DNA of 64,000 nucleotides from Denitrovibrio sp. (GTDB taxonomy: Bacteria; Chrysiogenota; Deferribacteres; Deferribacterales; Geovibrionaceae), in contig PKTN01000010.1 in the NCBI GenBank assembly GCA_002869185.1, positions 105,274 through 169,273 on the forward strand, read 5' to 3'. Position numbers and translations under genes: made by a program. Below, piece after piece: positions 41,615 through 51,053 of the stretch (positions within the stretch are counted from its first letter, which is position 1; every line of letters starts with the position of its first letter). The notes under the pieces are model-generated. The model saw only the letters and a list, made by a program, of their open reading frames with translations, searched no databases and had not been told where the DNA came from.

Positions 41615-42966
41615 ATAATACGCTCCAAAGCGTTTTTAATAGTTTCGAAGTCCTTTTTGTCGAGTGTGCGAACATCGAGTATAAACTTATCATCTGTTAC
41701 TCTACCGATGATAGGTACTATATTATTTCGCATAAGCTTTTCTATCTGCTGAGGTTTCCTTTTTGGTATGTTCAGGGCTACCCCGTATGATGGAATTTCT
41801 GCTGTGGGGCAGCTTCCTCCGCCAATTGTCGATTTAACCTCTATTATTGACGTAGCGCAAGGGAGCATTTCTGCTAGTCTTTTAGCTTTTTCTGATAATT
41901 CTGGTAGCTCTGCTGATAGCATCTTGTTGACAGGTATGTCGCCTGCAGAGCCATCTATATATTTACGAAAGACAGCTTGAAGGAGTGCTAGAGTTAGCTT
42001 GTCCACACGGAACATCCTCATTAGCTGGTTCTTTTTTATTTTGGATATTAGTGCTTTACTGCCGATGATAATGCCAGCTTGGGTTCCACCTAGCATCTTG
42101 TCACCGCTGAAGGAAATAAGATCGAATCCTGTCTTTACTATGTCAGGTATAGTTTGGTCATCACATATGCTGTCAGGAAGAACCTTTCTGAATAGTCCGC
42201 TACCAGCATCATAATACGACATAACATCAGCCTCTTTGGCAGATTGAGCTATCTCACCAAGAGTAGCTTCTTCACTGAAACCGATTATTTCGTAGTTACT
42301 TTTATGTATTTTCATCATCATAGCGGTCTTGTTAGATACCGCCTTTGAATAGTCATCTACTCTCGTCTTATTAGTTGTGCCCACTTCTTTGAGCTTAGCA
42401 CCGCTTCTTGTCATTACGTCAGGTACACGGAAGCTTCCGCCTATCTCGACCAACTCTCCACGGCTTACTATCACTTCTTTGTTTTTCGCAAAAGTGTGAA
42501 GTATTAAAAAGACAGCGGATGCGTTGTTGTTGACGATGAGTGCGTCATCTGCACCTGTGAGGATTCGGAGGTATTCCGACACGTGGTGGTACCTGTCTCC
42601 ACGTTTTCCTTTTGCTACGTCATACTCAAGGTTGGCATAACCACATGCGATATCCATTGCCTCTTTGCATACATCTTCTGGTAGAGGGGATCTGCCTAAG
42701 TTTGTATGTATAGGGACACCTGTCGCGTTTATTACTTTATAAAGTGTTCCTTTAAGTGTGCGCTCGTATTCTGAATTTATTTTATCTGTTATCGCCTCAT
42801 GCTCAGGCATTGTGGCTGACTTCTCTATTAGATCGCGTCTGATATTTTCCAGAACTGTTCTGGTGGCTATCTTGACGAGCTCTGGGTTCATACCAGAGAA
42901 GGCTTTGTCTTGTATCAGTTTATCTATTTTTGGCAATTGCCTTAGTAGTGTGTTTTTGTTATCCAT
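41611..42966 (-). CDS. selA: L-seryl-tRNA(Sec) selenium transferase
   Basis: N-terminal LRQLPKIDKL and PLP-Lys motif FSGDKMLGG. The start is taken as ATG 42966. The ORF is open up to 43074. Confidence 0.82.
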   Translation of the reverse strand: MDNKNTLLRQLPKIDKLIQDKAFSGMNPELVKIATRTVLENIRRDLIEKSATMPEHEAITDKINSEYERTLKGTLYKVINATGVPIHTNLGRSPLPEDVCKEAMDIACGYANLEYDVAKGKRGDRYHHVSEYLRILTGADDALIVNNNASAVFLILHTFAKNKEVIVSRGELVEIGGSFRVPDVMTRSGAKLKEVGTTNKTRVDDYSKAVSNKTAMMMKIHKSNYEIIGFSEEATLGEIAQSAKEADVMSYYDAGSGLFRKVLPDSICDDQTIPDIVKTGFDLISFSGDKMLGGTQAGIIIGSKALISKIKKNQLMRMFRVDKLTLALLQAVFRKYIDGSAGDIPVNKMLSAELPELSEKAKRLAEMLPCATSIIEVKSTIGGGSCPTAEIPSYGVALNIPKRKPQQIEKLMRNNIVPIIGRVTDDKFILDVRTLDKKDFETIKNALERII

Positions 42967-43101
42967 AGTATATTTCCGCCCAATCAGTGATTCTACTATA
43001 TTACTCATAATATGACAAACCGCTTTTTTGTGACATTTTTTCTTACGAAAAGAGGAGTGATGATATATATTCAAGGTGTTATGAAAAACTAGGAGACGGA
43101 A

Positions 43102-44202
43102 ATGTATAATATAGATGAAAAACAGATGAATAAAGATTTGAAAGAGCTCTATGACAGGGCTGAACCATCTACTAAAGAGTTCGAAACCTCTAAATATATT
43201 AAATCAAGATTAGACGAGATGGGGCTAACTTATAAGGAAGCATTCGTCACTGGTCTGTTCGGCACACTTGATGTTGGAGCAAAAAAGACTATCGCACTTC
43301 GTTCTGACATGGACGCTCTCCCTTATAACGAAGCTTGCACAGAATATCGCCACCTTTGTGGTCACCACGCAAACATGACAACACTATTGACAGTGTTGGA
43401 AGTTATGGTTAAGATGAAAGATAAACTAAATGTGAACATAAGATATATATTCCAACCAGCGGAAGAGCTTGTAAGTGGCTCTGTTGAGATGATCAATGCG
43501 GGATGCATGGAGGGTGTGGACGAGATATTAGCATCACACACTTCCCCTGATATTGAATACGGTTTTGCTGCCCTTGTTGAAGGCGGAACTATGGCAGGAT
43601 CAAACCATTTTGATATTGTCTTCAAGGGTATGTCGACCCACGCAGCTATGCCACACATGGGTACAGATACTGTTACTGCAGCGGCTGAATATATAATGAG
43701 CTGTCAGACTATACTTACACGTAAAAAGTCTCCGATACTCGATGGTTTGATCTCTTTTGGTTCTATTAATGGTGGTTCTGCTGCTAATATTTTACCTGGT
43801 GAGCTTAGGCTGGCTGGGACATATAGGCACTTTGACAAATCTGTTAAGCAACTTATCGAACATGGTATGAAAGTACGCTTAAAGGCTATTGAAGATTTTT
43901 ATGGTATCATGGGTGAATTCACGATACATGAAGGGACTCCTCCTGTTATATGCGACAAGAGTATAGTTAGTAAATTACATAAGATATGTGAAGAGAAGGG
44001 GATAGTAGTTACAGAGTACGAGAAGAGTATGGGTGGCGAAGATTTCGCTTTCTATCTCGAGCATGCTCCAGGTGCTTTCATCTGGCAGGGTGTAAGGCAG
44101 GGTGATTCGCATCCTCCACTTCATAATTCTAAATATACAGTGCCAGAGGGCGCAACTCTTCCAGCGGTCAAACTGCTCTCAGAATACCTCTTAGCACAAT
44201 AA
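43102..44202 (+). CDS. M20-family amidohydrolase (N-acyl-L-amino acid amidohydrolase/hippuricase-like)
   Basis: Motifs RSDMDALP and CGHHA. The dimerisation-domain pattern is typical of M20D. Confidence 0.7.
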   Translation: MYNIDEKQMNKDLKELYDRAEPSTKEFETSKYIKSRLDEMGLTYKEAFVTGLFGTLDVGAKKTIALRSDMDALPYNEACTEYRHLCGHHANMTTLLTVLEVMVKMKDKLNVNIRYIFQPAEELVSGSVEMINAGCMEGVDEILASHTSPDIEYGFAALVEGGTMAGSNHFDIVFKGMSTHAAMPHMGTDTVTAAAEYIMSCQTILTRKKSPILDGLISFGSINGGSAANILPGELRLAGTYRHFDKSVKQLIEHGMKVRLKAIEDFYGIMGEFTIHEGTPPVICDKSIVSKLHKICEEKGIVVTEYEKSMGGEDFAFYLEHAPGAFIWQGVRQGDSHPPLHNSKYTVPEGATLPAVKLLSEYLLAQ

Positions 44203-44212
44203 AGGTGACAAT

Positions 44213-45352
44213 GTGACTAGTGATATAGCTATCGAAGCCCTAAAACTAAGATGTGTTAAGAAGATGGACGAGACTATAATGGAGCGTATCTACGCTGGCG
44301 CAGGTAGCATAAAAGATGCACTCAGGCTAGATATGGCAACATTAAAGAGTTTTGGGATTAAGAAAGAGGTAGCTGAGAATATCATCACGTTAGATATAGA
44401 TAAGGAACTATTCAAAAGCGAGCTTGAAGCACTTAAAAAAGTTAGTGCTAATATTATATGTATAGATGATGACGAATATCCAGAAATGTTGCGAGAGACG
44501 AAGGGTGCTCCATGCCTCCTTTTTGTCCGTGGTGATGCCGAAGTTATGCTTAAACCGTCTATAGCCATGGTTGGTTCTAGGAACGCTAGTAGAGCTGCTT
44601 GTGACTTTAGCAAACGACTTGGGGCTGATTTGGCTGAGGCTGGGTTTAATGTTGTCAGTGGGTTCGCTAGTGGTATAGACGTTAACGCACATCTTGGTGC
44701 AGTAGAAAAGGGCGTTACTACTGCTGTTATGGGTTGTGGTGTTAATCACTTCTTCCCAGAGATCAACCGCAAACATATAGATAAGGTTATAGATAATGGA
44801 TGTATTATAACAGAATACCTTTCGAACATACATCCAGCTGCGAGGAATTTCCCTCGTAGGAATCGTATAATAAGTGGTCTCTCCTATGGCGTGATAGTCG
44901 TTGAGGCATCAGACAGGAGTGGTTCACTAATCACAGCGAGGCTTGCAGGTGAGCAGGGGCGTGATGTTTATGCGGTACCAACTTTTCCTGATAATAGAAA
45001 TAATGCTACAAACGCCCTCCTGAAAGAGGGTGCAACACTCATCGAATCATATTATGACGTCATAGAAGAGCTGAAATACAACATTTCAGATATCAAAGAA
45101 GTTGACAAGCAAGAGACGAGTGTATTAGAGTTTGATAGCCCTGAACAAGCTAAGCTCTTTGACCTATTGATGAGGGGAACGCTGAATCCGGACGAACTCA
45201 GTGCCAAGTCAGGGTTTGATATTGAGCAGGTAGTAATAAACCTTGCACAAATGGAGCTTGAAGAATATGTTGTCAGGGAAATCGACGGTAAGTACCGGGC
45301 TGCCGGAGGACTCAATGGACAAAATTGTCATAGCACTAAATCTTGTAATTGA
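44213..45352 (+). CDS. dprA: DNA-processing protein DprA (Smf)
   Basis: Motifs VGSRNAS, GFASGIDVNAH and SGSLITA. GTG start follows AAGGTGA. Confidence 0.85.
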   Translation: MTSDIAIEALKLRCVKKMDETIMERIYAGAGSIKDALRLDMATLKSFGIKKEVAENIITLDIDKELFKSELEALKKVSANIICIDDDEYPEMLRETKGAPCLLFVRGDAEVMLKPSIAMVGSRNASRAACDFSKRLGADLAEAGFNVVSGFASGIDVNAHLGAVEKGVTTAVMGCGVNHFFPEINRKHIDKVIDNGCIITEYLSNIHPAARNFPRRNRIISGLSYGVIVVEASDRSGSLITARLAGEQGRDVYAVPTFPDNRNNATNALLKEGATLIESYYDVIEELKYNISDIKEVDKQETSVLEFDSPEQAKLFDLLMRGTLNPDELSAKSGFDIEQVVINLAQMELEEYVVREIDGKYRAAGGLNGQNCHSTKSCN

Positions 45353-45731
45353 CTACTTAGAACTGAGTGAAAAAACGACTGAAATTGATATCAAAGATTA
45401 CCTCTTTAATACGGGATTTGATGACCATGAGGTTAGACAAGTTCTTGGTGTACTTGATATATCTAATTTTGGTGGAAACCTTTGGTTCAGAGTTTTTACA
45501 AAGAAAGAAAAGAAGATGCTCACTTATGAAGCTATATGTTTCTTGCAAAAGCTTCACCTTTCTGGCATTCTCGACCCACTTGGTCTTGAAGATGTTATAG
45601 ACAACGCCTTGGCCGGAGATGGGTATAAGGTGGATGTCGATTCTATAAAACACCTTGCTCTCTATAGCCTTATGGAGCGTAAGTCTCTCTATTCCTCTGG
45701 AGTAGAGGATGACGAAGAATATTTGAATTGA
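45315..45731 (+). CDS. smg: Smg protein (DUF494)
   Basis: It sits in the conserved dprA-smg-topA arrangement. ATG at 45315 follows GGAGGA. It overlaps the dprA 3' end. Confidence 0.65.
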   Translation: MDKIVIALNLVIDYLELSEKTTEIDIKDYLFNTGFDDHEVRQVLGVLDISNFGGNLWFRVFTKKEKKMLTYEAICFLQKLHLSGILDPLGLEDVIDNALAGDGYKVDVDSIKHLALYSLMERKSLYSSGVEDDEEYLN

Positions 45732-45744
45732 TACGGAATAATAT

Positions 45745-48093
45745 ATGCCTAAAAATCTAGTAATAGTGGAATCACCAGCAAAAGCGCGAACAATCGAGAA
45801 ATACCTTGGACGTACCTATAAGGTAATGGCTTCTGTAGGTCACGTGAAAGACCTTCCTGCCAGTAGTCTTGGTGTTGATATTGAAAACAATTTCGAACCT
45901 AAATACTCTATCATAAGGGGTAAAAAGAAGGTTATCGATGAACTTAAGAAAGTAGCTAACTCAGCTACTAACATCTATCTGGCGCCTGACCCCGACCGTG
46001 AAGGGGAGGCTATCGCTTGGCACATAGCCGAAGAGATGGGTAAGAAGAATAAAGATAAGATACACCGTGTACTCTTTAATGAGATCACAAAAAAAGGTGT
46101 TGAAGACGGTATCAAAAACAAAGGTATCATAAACGAAAACAGAACCAATGCACAGCAGGCGAGACGTATCCTCGACAGGCTTGTTGGTTATCTTGTCAGT
46201 CCACTCCTTTGGAAAGCTCTTAAATATGGTCTTTCCGCTGGGCGTGTTCAGTCCGTCGCTCTTAGACTCCTTGTCGAAAGGGAAGAAGAGATAGAGAAGT
46301 TTAAGCCGGAAGAGTATTGGCTTATCGACGCTATCTTTGACGGTGGTAAAAAAGCAGCACTCAAAGCCAGACTTGAAAAGAAGGATGGCAAAAAGTATAA
46401 AGTCAAAACTGGGGAAGAGGCAGAGCAGGTCTTGTCAGCACTTAAAGCTTGTGACTATAATGTCGCTGAGGTTATCCGCAAGGAGACCTATGAACGTGCA
46501 CCACTCCCTTTCATCACATCGAAGCTTCAGCAGGAAGCAGCGAGGAAACTTAGCTTTTCCGCTAAAAGGACTATGATGCTCGCACAACGCCTTTACGAAG
46601 GTGTAGAGCTTGGTAACGAAGGTCCTGTTGGTCTCATCACATACATGAGAACTGACTCCACAAGGGTCTCTCCTGACGCTGTGGCAGAGGCTAAAGATTA
46701 TATCACTAAGCAGTATGGCGAAAACTACCTCACAAAGGGTAGAAAGACTGCTACTAAAAAGAAGAATGTTCAGGATGCTCACGAGGCTATACGTCCGACA
46801 TCTGTTTCTATCACACCTGATAGTGTTAAAAACATTCTTGATGCTGATCAATATAAACTTTATAAACTGATCTGGGATAGATTCGTCGCTAGTAATATGT
46901 CTGACGCTGTCTATGACCTGAACACTATAAATATCGCAAATGGTCCTTACTCTCTGAAATCTCAGGGTAAAGTTCTTAAATTTCCAGGATTCCAAACACT
47001 CTATATTGAAGGTAAGGATGAGAATGGAGAGAAAGACCAAGAGGTTATCTTTGACGTAAAAGAGGGTGAGAAACTTAAAGCTCAGAAAGAAGAGAGCAAG
47101 CAGATGTTTACTCAGCCACCTGCAAGATATTCAGAAGCGACACTAGTTAAAACACTTGAATCAGAAGGGATTGGTAGACCGTCTACTTATGCGGCGATCA
47201 TCTCTACACTTATAGATAGAACATACGCAAGTATGGAAGAGAAGCGCTTTAAGCCTACAGAGCTTGGGCGTGTTGTTTGCTCACTGCTGGTTGCTAACTT
47301 CGATAGGATTTTTGATCCGAAGTTTACTGCTGGTATGGAAGAGGAACTCGACGGTATTGAAGATGGTACGCTTACATGGAAAGGTGTTCTCGCTGATTTC
47401 TATGAGAAGTTTAAACCTGATCTTGAAAAGGCAGAGAAGCAGTTCTCCGCTAACCTTACTGTCGATGTGAAGTGTCCTACATGTGGCAAAGACCTCACTA
47501 TCAAACACGGTCGTAACGGTAACTTTGTTGCTTGCACTTCATACCCTGAATGTAAATTTACATCAAACTATGAAAGGCTTGAAGACGGCTCATTTAAACT
47601 TGTACCAAAAGAGGAAGATAAGCCTTCTGGTATCGAGTGTGAGAAATGTGGCAAAGAGCTTGTATTCAAAAGAACTCGTTTCGGTGAAGTACTGGCTTGC
47701 CCTGGATATCCTGAATGTAAAAACATCAAAAATTACGTTAAATTACCTGACGAAACTATAAAAGTTCTTTCTGCTGGCGAAGAGATAGGAACACCTTGCC
47801 CTAAATGTGGTAGTGGTCTTACAATCAAAGGTGGACGTAATGGTATGTTTATCGGATGTACCAAATACCCTGATTGCGATTTCACTGGTAATATGGAAGT
47901 GAACGAGAAAGGGGACATCATACCTAAGTTTGACAAGGTTGATGAGAATGTTAAATGTGAGAATTGTGGTAAACCTATGACACTCAAGAAGAGTCGTCGT
48001 GGTAAGTTCTTCGCATGTACAGGTTACCCAGAATGCAAAACTGCAAAGTCAACAATAGTTCTGGAAGACGGCACTATTACTGTTAAAGAATAA
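45745..48093 (+). CDS. topA: DNA topoisomerase I with four C-terminal C4 zinc-ribbon repeats
   Basis: TOPRIM motif VIVESPAKARTIEKYLG, active-site region ITYMRTDS, and repeated CPxCG...C motifs. Confidence 0.92.
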   Translation: MPKNLVIVESPAKARTIEKYLGRTYKVMASVGHVKDLPASSLGVDIENNFEPKYSIIRGKKKVIDELKKVANSATNIYLAPDPDREGEAIAWHIAEEMGKKNKDKIHRVLFNEITKKGVEDGIKNKGIINENRTNAQQARRILDRLVGYLVSPLLWKALKYGLSAGRVQSVALRLLVEREEEIEKFKPEEYWLIDAIFDGGKKAALKARLEKKDGKKYKVKTGEEAEQVLSALKACDYNVAEVIRKETYERAPLPFITSKLQQEAARKLSFSAKRTMMLAQRLYEGVELGNEGPVGLITYMRTDSTRVSPDAVAEAKDYITKQYGENYLTKGRKTATKKKNVQDAHEAIRPTSVSITPDSVKNILDADQYKLYKLIWDRFVASNMSDAVYDLNTINIANGPYSLKSQGKVLKFPGFQTLYIEGKDENGEKDQEVIFDVKEGEKLKAQKEESKQMFTQPPARYSEATLVKTLESEGIGRPSTYAAIISTLIDRTYASMEEKRFKPTELGRVVCSLLVANFDRIFDPKFTAGMEEELDGIEDGTLTWKGVLADFYEKFKPDLEKAEKQFSANLTVDVKCPTCGKDLTIKHGRNGNFVACTSYPECKFTSNYERLEDGSFKLVPKEEDKPSGIECEKCGKELVFKRTRFGEVLACPGYPECKNIKNYVKLPDETIKVLSAGEEIGTPCPKCGSGLTIKGGRNGMFIGCTKYPDCDFTGNMEVNEKGDIIPKFDKVDENVKCENCGKPMTLKKSRRGKFFACTGYPECKTAKSTIVLEDGTITVKE

Positions 48094-49377
48094 ATGGATA
48101 AAATCGTAAATATAGTTGGTGGCGGTCTTGCTGGTTGTGAGGCCGCTTACTTTTTGGCAGAGAAGGGGTTTAGCGTAAAGCTTTACGAGATGCGCCCGCA
48201 AGTTCAAACCCCTGCACACGAAACCGAATTCCTCGGTGAGCTTGTTTGCTCCAATTCCCTTAAAAGCACATTGCCCGACACATCTAGTGGCTTACTAAAA
48301 GCTGAAATAGAAATCCTCGGCTCAGTTGTGTTAAAAGTTGCTGAGCAGTGTAAAGTGCCTGCAGGTAACGCTCTGGCTGTTGATAGGACAGATTTCGCTA
48401 AAGGGATGGACGACATTATCCGCAACCACCCAAATATCGAAGTGATAGGCGAGGAGCTGACAGATATACCAGCTGACAGACCTTGCATCATAGCGACCGG
48501 TCCACTCACATCTGACAAAATGGCAGAGAGCATAAAAAGACGCTTTGGTGGCGGTCTATACTTCTTTGATGCAATAGCTCCAGTCATTTCATTCGATTCT
48601 GTTGATATGGAAAAAGCATTCTTTAAGAGCAGATGGGAGAAGGGTGACGATGATTATCTGAACCTAGGGATGAACAAAGAGGAATACGAACTCTTCTATA
48701 ACGAGTTAATAGGGTCTGATCAGGTTGAGTTTAAAGATTTTGAAAAACTGAATGTTTATGAAGGTTGTATGCCTATCGAAGTGATGGCAAAACGTGGTCC
48801 TCAGACACTCACTTTTGGTCCTTTCCGCCCTGTTGGTCTCAGACACCCAGTTACCGAACAGAAATATTATGCTGTTATACAGCTTCGTAAAGAGAATAAA
48901 GAGGGGACAGCTTATAACCTTGTTGGCTGTCAGACTAAGATGAAGATAGGCGAGCAACAGCGTGTTTTTCGTTTAGTTCCGGGGTTAGAAAATGCAGAAT
49001 TTCTTCGTTATGGCTCTATACACAGAAACACATACATACATTCACCGGGTAATCTGAAGCGTACATTTCAGGTTATAGGTGATGAGAAACTATATTTTGC
49101 TGGGCAGATAACTGGTGTTGAAGGCTACTTGGAGTCAGCGGCATCAGGCTTACTCGCGGCTTATTCTCTTGTTAATCCAGAATTTGATGGCTTTCACGAA
49201 GAGACAGCTCTAGGTGCACTTGCACGTCATGTATCAGGTGAGGTTGCTGAGAACAAGAAAGAGTTTGTTCCGTCTAATTTTCACTTCGGCATGGTTCCGG
49301 GGCATGGTAAGAAGATTCGCGATAAAAAACTTAAGAAACGTATGTATGCCGAAAGAGCACTCTCTCATTACAAATAA
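48094..49377 (+). CDS. trmFO: Methylenetetrahydrofolate-tRNA-(uracil-5-)-methyltransferase
   Basis: Motifs GGGLAGCEAA, CSNSLK and YFAGQITGVEGY. Confidence 0.88.
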   Translation: MDKIVNIVGGGLAGCEAAYFLAEKGFSVKLYEMRPQVQTPAHETEFLGELVCSNSLKSTLPDTSSGLLKAEIEILGSVVLKVAEQCKVPAGNALAVDRTDFAKGMDDIIRNHPNIEVIGEELTDIPADRPCIIATGPLTSDKMAESIKRRFGGGLYFFDAIAPVISFDSVDMEKAFFKSRWEKGDDDYLNLGMNKEEYELFYNELIGSDQVEFKDFEKLNVYEGCMPIEVMAKRGPQTLTFGPFRPVGLRHPVTEQKYYAVIQLRKENKEGTAYNLVGCQTKMKIGEQQRVFRLVPGLENAEFLRYGSIHRNTYIHSPGNLKRTFQVIGDEKLYFAGQITGVEGYLESAASGLLAAYSLVNPEFDGFHEETALGALARHVSGEVAENKKEFVPSNFHFGMVPGHGKKIRDKKLKKRMYAERALSHYK

Positions 49378-49512
49378 GTTTTGTATTTCTGCGTCAGTCT
49401 CTTTTCAGTAAAACTCACATATTATATATATGCTCGTTTCACATTCAAAGAATCTTCCTTGAACTACTCGCTTATTTCTAATGATAAAATACTCTTTAAC
49501 TTTTATATATGC

Positions 49513-49554
49513 GTCATTCTGAGTGTAGTGAAGAATCTCAGTCCTCATGATGAC
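49513..49554. repeat. Short copy of the GTCAT..TGAG inverted-repeat element
   Basis: GTCATTCTGAG...CTCAGTCCTCATGATGAC. The right end is an exact 13-nt inverted match to 6832-6844. Confidence 0.45.
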
Positions 49555-49606
49555 GAGTGAGTTTGTAGACTCACATCGTGAGTCGTATAAGCGTGGGAGT
49601 ATATTA

Positions 49607-49674
49607 AATTATCTCGAAGTGAGCCACAAGGTGCTAACCTTGAATTATCTCGAAGTAAGCTACAAGCTGCTGAC
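49607..49674. repeat. Tandem direct repeat, two 32-nt copies with a 36-nt period
   Basis: AATTATCTCGAAGTGAGCCACAAGGTGCTAAC compared with AATTATCTCGAAGTAAGCTACAAGCTGCTGAC gives 28/32 identical. Confidence 0.7.
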
Positions 49675-49763
49675 TAATTGAACATGGATGTTCATACACG
49701 AAGCGAACCTGTTAAGGTTCTAGCGGAGTGAGAGCTAAGTCTGACTTGTTAGATTTAGCGAGT

Positions 49764-49795
49764 ATTGAAAAACTACACGATGTAGGTTTTTCAAT
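49764..49795 (-). terminator. Hairpin terminator candidate directly after the full-length DUF1460 reading frame
   Basis: The minus-strand RNA reads AUUGAAAAACCUACA-UCG-UGUAGUUUUUCAAU. It begins 3 nt after the TAA at 49799-49801. Confidence 0.45.
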
Positions 49796-49798
49796 AGT

Positions 49799-50539
49799 TT
49801 ATTGAGGGCGGAATACGATGATACCTTTGATCTCTTTGACATAATCCTTGAAGGGATAGTCGGTCACTTTCATAAGCTTAGATTATGTATTCCTAAAGAA
49901 CTCACCTTTTTTATTCTTGATAAAGATACCCGTATGGGTAACATCTAGACCTTGCTTGTCGCTATAAATACCGATGTAGTCTCCTGTCTGGAGAAGTTTA
50001 ATTACATCTTTGCTTACCTGATTACCCGGAATATAGTTGACCATTCGCATGGTCTGTGGAACATTTTTAAGACAGTTAGTTTTATCGGATTTTCTGTTAA
50101 TTATTTTTTCAACAGTTGTAGCACCCGGTAGTCCAGATGTGATGTCTCTGACTGTGTTGTTTTCACCAGAGACCCAGTCTGTAAAGAAATGCTTACGTTT
50201 TGCATAGTTAACTTCACCGTTGAAATATCTTACTTTTTTCAGATTCTCGATAAAATTATCAACTCTGACAGAGAGTCGGAGTGCTTCAACATAGTCTAAA
50301 AACGTAAAACAATCCATCCCGTCAAGGTTAATGACAAGCTCTTCTTTATCATCAGGGCTCCCTTTCATTGTGCGAGCCATGTATGGTGTGTCGATAAATT
50401 TGCTAGATATGAAAGCTATACGTTCGCCGACTTTATCTATATGTACGGATTCAGTAAGAATCATATTTGCTTTATTTGTCTGCCACCCGACAAGAAAGAC
50501 GAGTGTCGCTATCAGAATTAATTTATATATTGTTTTCAC
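49799..50539 (-). pseudogene. DUF1460 (N-acetylmuramoyl-L-alanine amidase-like) protein, interrupted by an in-frame TAA at 49883-49885
   Basis: Signal or anchor sequence MKTIYKLILIATLVFLVGW. The frame continues ...GEFFRNT-TAA-SKLMKVTDYPFKDYVKEIKGIIVFRPQ, matching my recollection of the family C-terminus (..HASS..kV.....Y....GI.v.R). Confidence 0.6.
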
Positions 50540-50975
50540 TTATTACCCTTATCCCATGCCTTCGTAGGAGAGCCGTACAGACCCCCTCGCCAGACTTAGT
50601 TGTTCCATTAAATTCGCCAGTATAGATCATTGTGCTACCGCATGAAGGGCTACGCTCTTTCAGAACAGCAAACTCTACATCGTTATCTCTGGCTAGCTCT
50701 AGAGCTTTTTTAGCACCTATGATAAAAGCACCCGAGCAGTCTGTTCCTTTGTTTCCTAAGACGAGAGTGTCACCATCTATAACATCCGAGCCACTCATCC
50801 CTTGTATCTCACATGCCTCACGTGGCACGTTTAGACCGCCCAAAACCTCTGGGCAGACAGGGATTATATTATATCGTTCAGCAAGTTTTGCGATAGCGTC
50901 ACTTATCTCAACGACTTCAGCATTATATCTAACGTTCTCACCCATAAGGCAAGCACTCACTAGGATATTTTTCAT
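50523..50975 (-). CDS. DUF523 protein (2-thiouracil desulfurase TudS-like)
   Basis: Motifs VSACLMGENVRYN and CPEVLGGL. ATG is at 50975. Confidence 0.65.
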   Translation of the reverse strand: MKNILVSACLMGENVRYNAEVVEISDAIAKLAERYNIIPVCPEVLGGLNVPREACEIQGMSGSDVIDGDTLVLGNKGTDCSGAFIIGAKKALELARDNDVEFAVLKERSPSCGSTMIYTGEFNGTTKSGEGVCTALLRRHGIRVISENNI

Positions 50976-51053
50976 AGGATTATTATTGCACAAATTATCG
51001 TATTTGCGAACCATTTGATTGAATAAAAATAGATAACGTCCGATAATATATAT

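Noticed and set aside
42967-43074. The N-terminal 36-aa extension of selA given by the ORF track (MNIYHHSSFRKKKCHKK...).
   Set aside because: The conserved SelA N-terminus (..LLRQLPKIDKL..) begins right after the internal ATG at 42966. The extension is basic, low-complexity and unlike the family, though the true start is unverified.
49607-49674. Possible CRISPR array (32-nt repeats with a 36-nt period).
   Set aside because: There are only two copies, the spacer is 4 nt, the repeats are imperfect, and no cas genes are present.
49378-49798. A known housekeeping ncRNA (tmRNA, RNase P RNA, 6S or SRP RNA) in the ORF-free spacer.
   Set aside because: I could not find the tmRNA tag frame or its tRNA-like ends, the RNase P GGAAAGUCCGGGC-type core, or an SRP GNAR-loop helix. 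This was checked by eye only, so an Rfam scan is still worthwhile.
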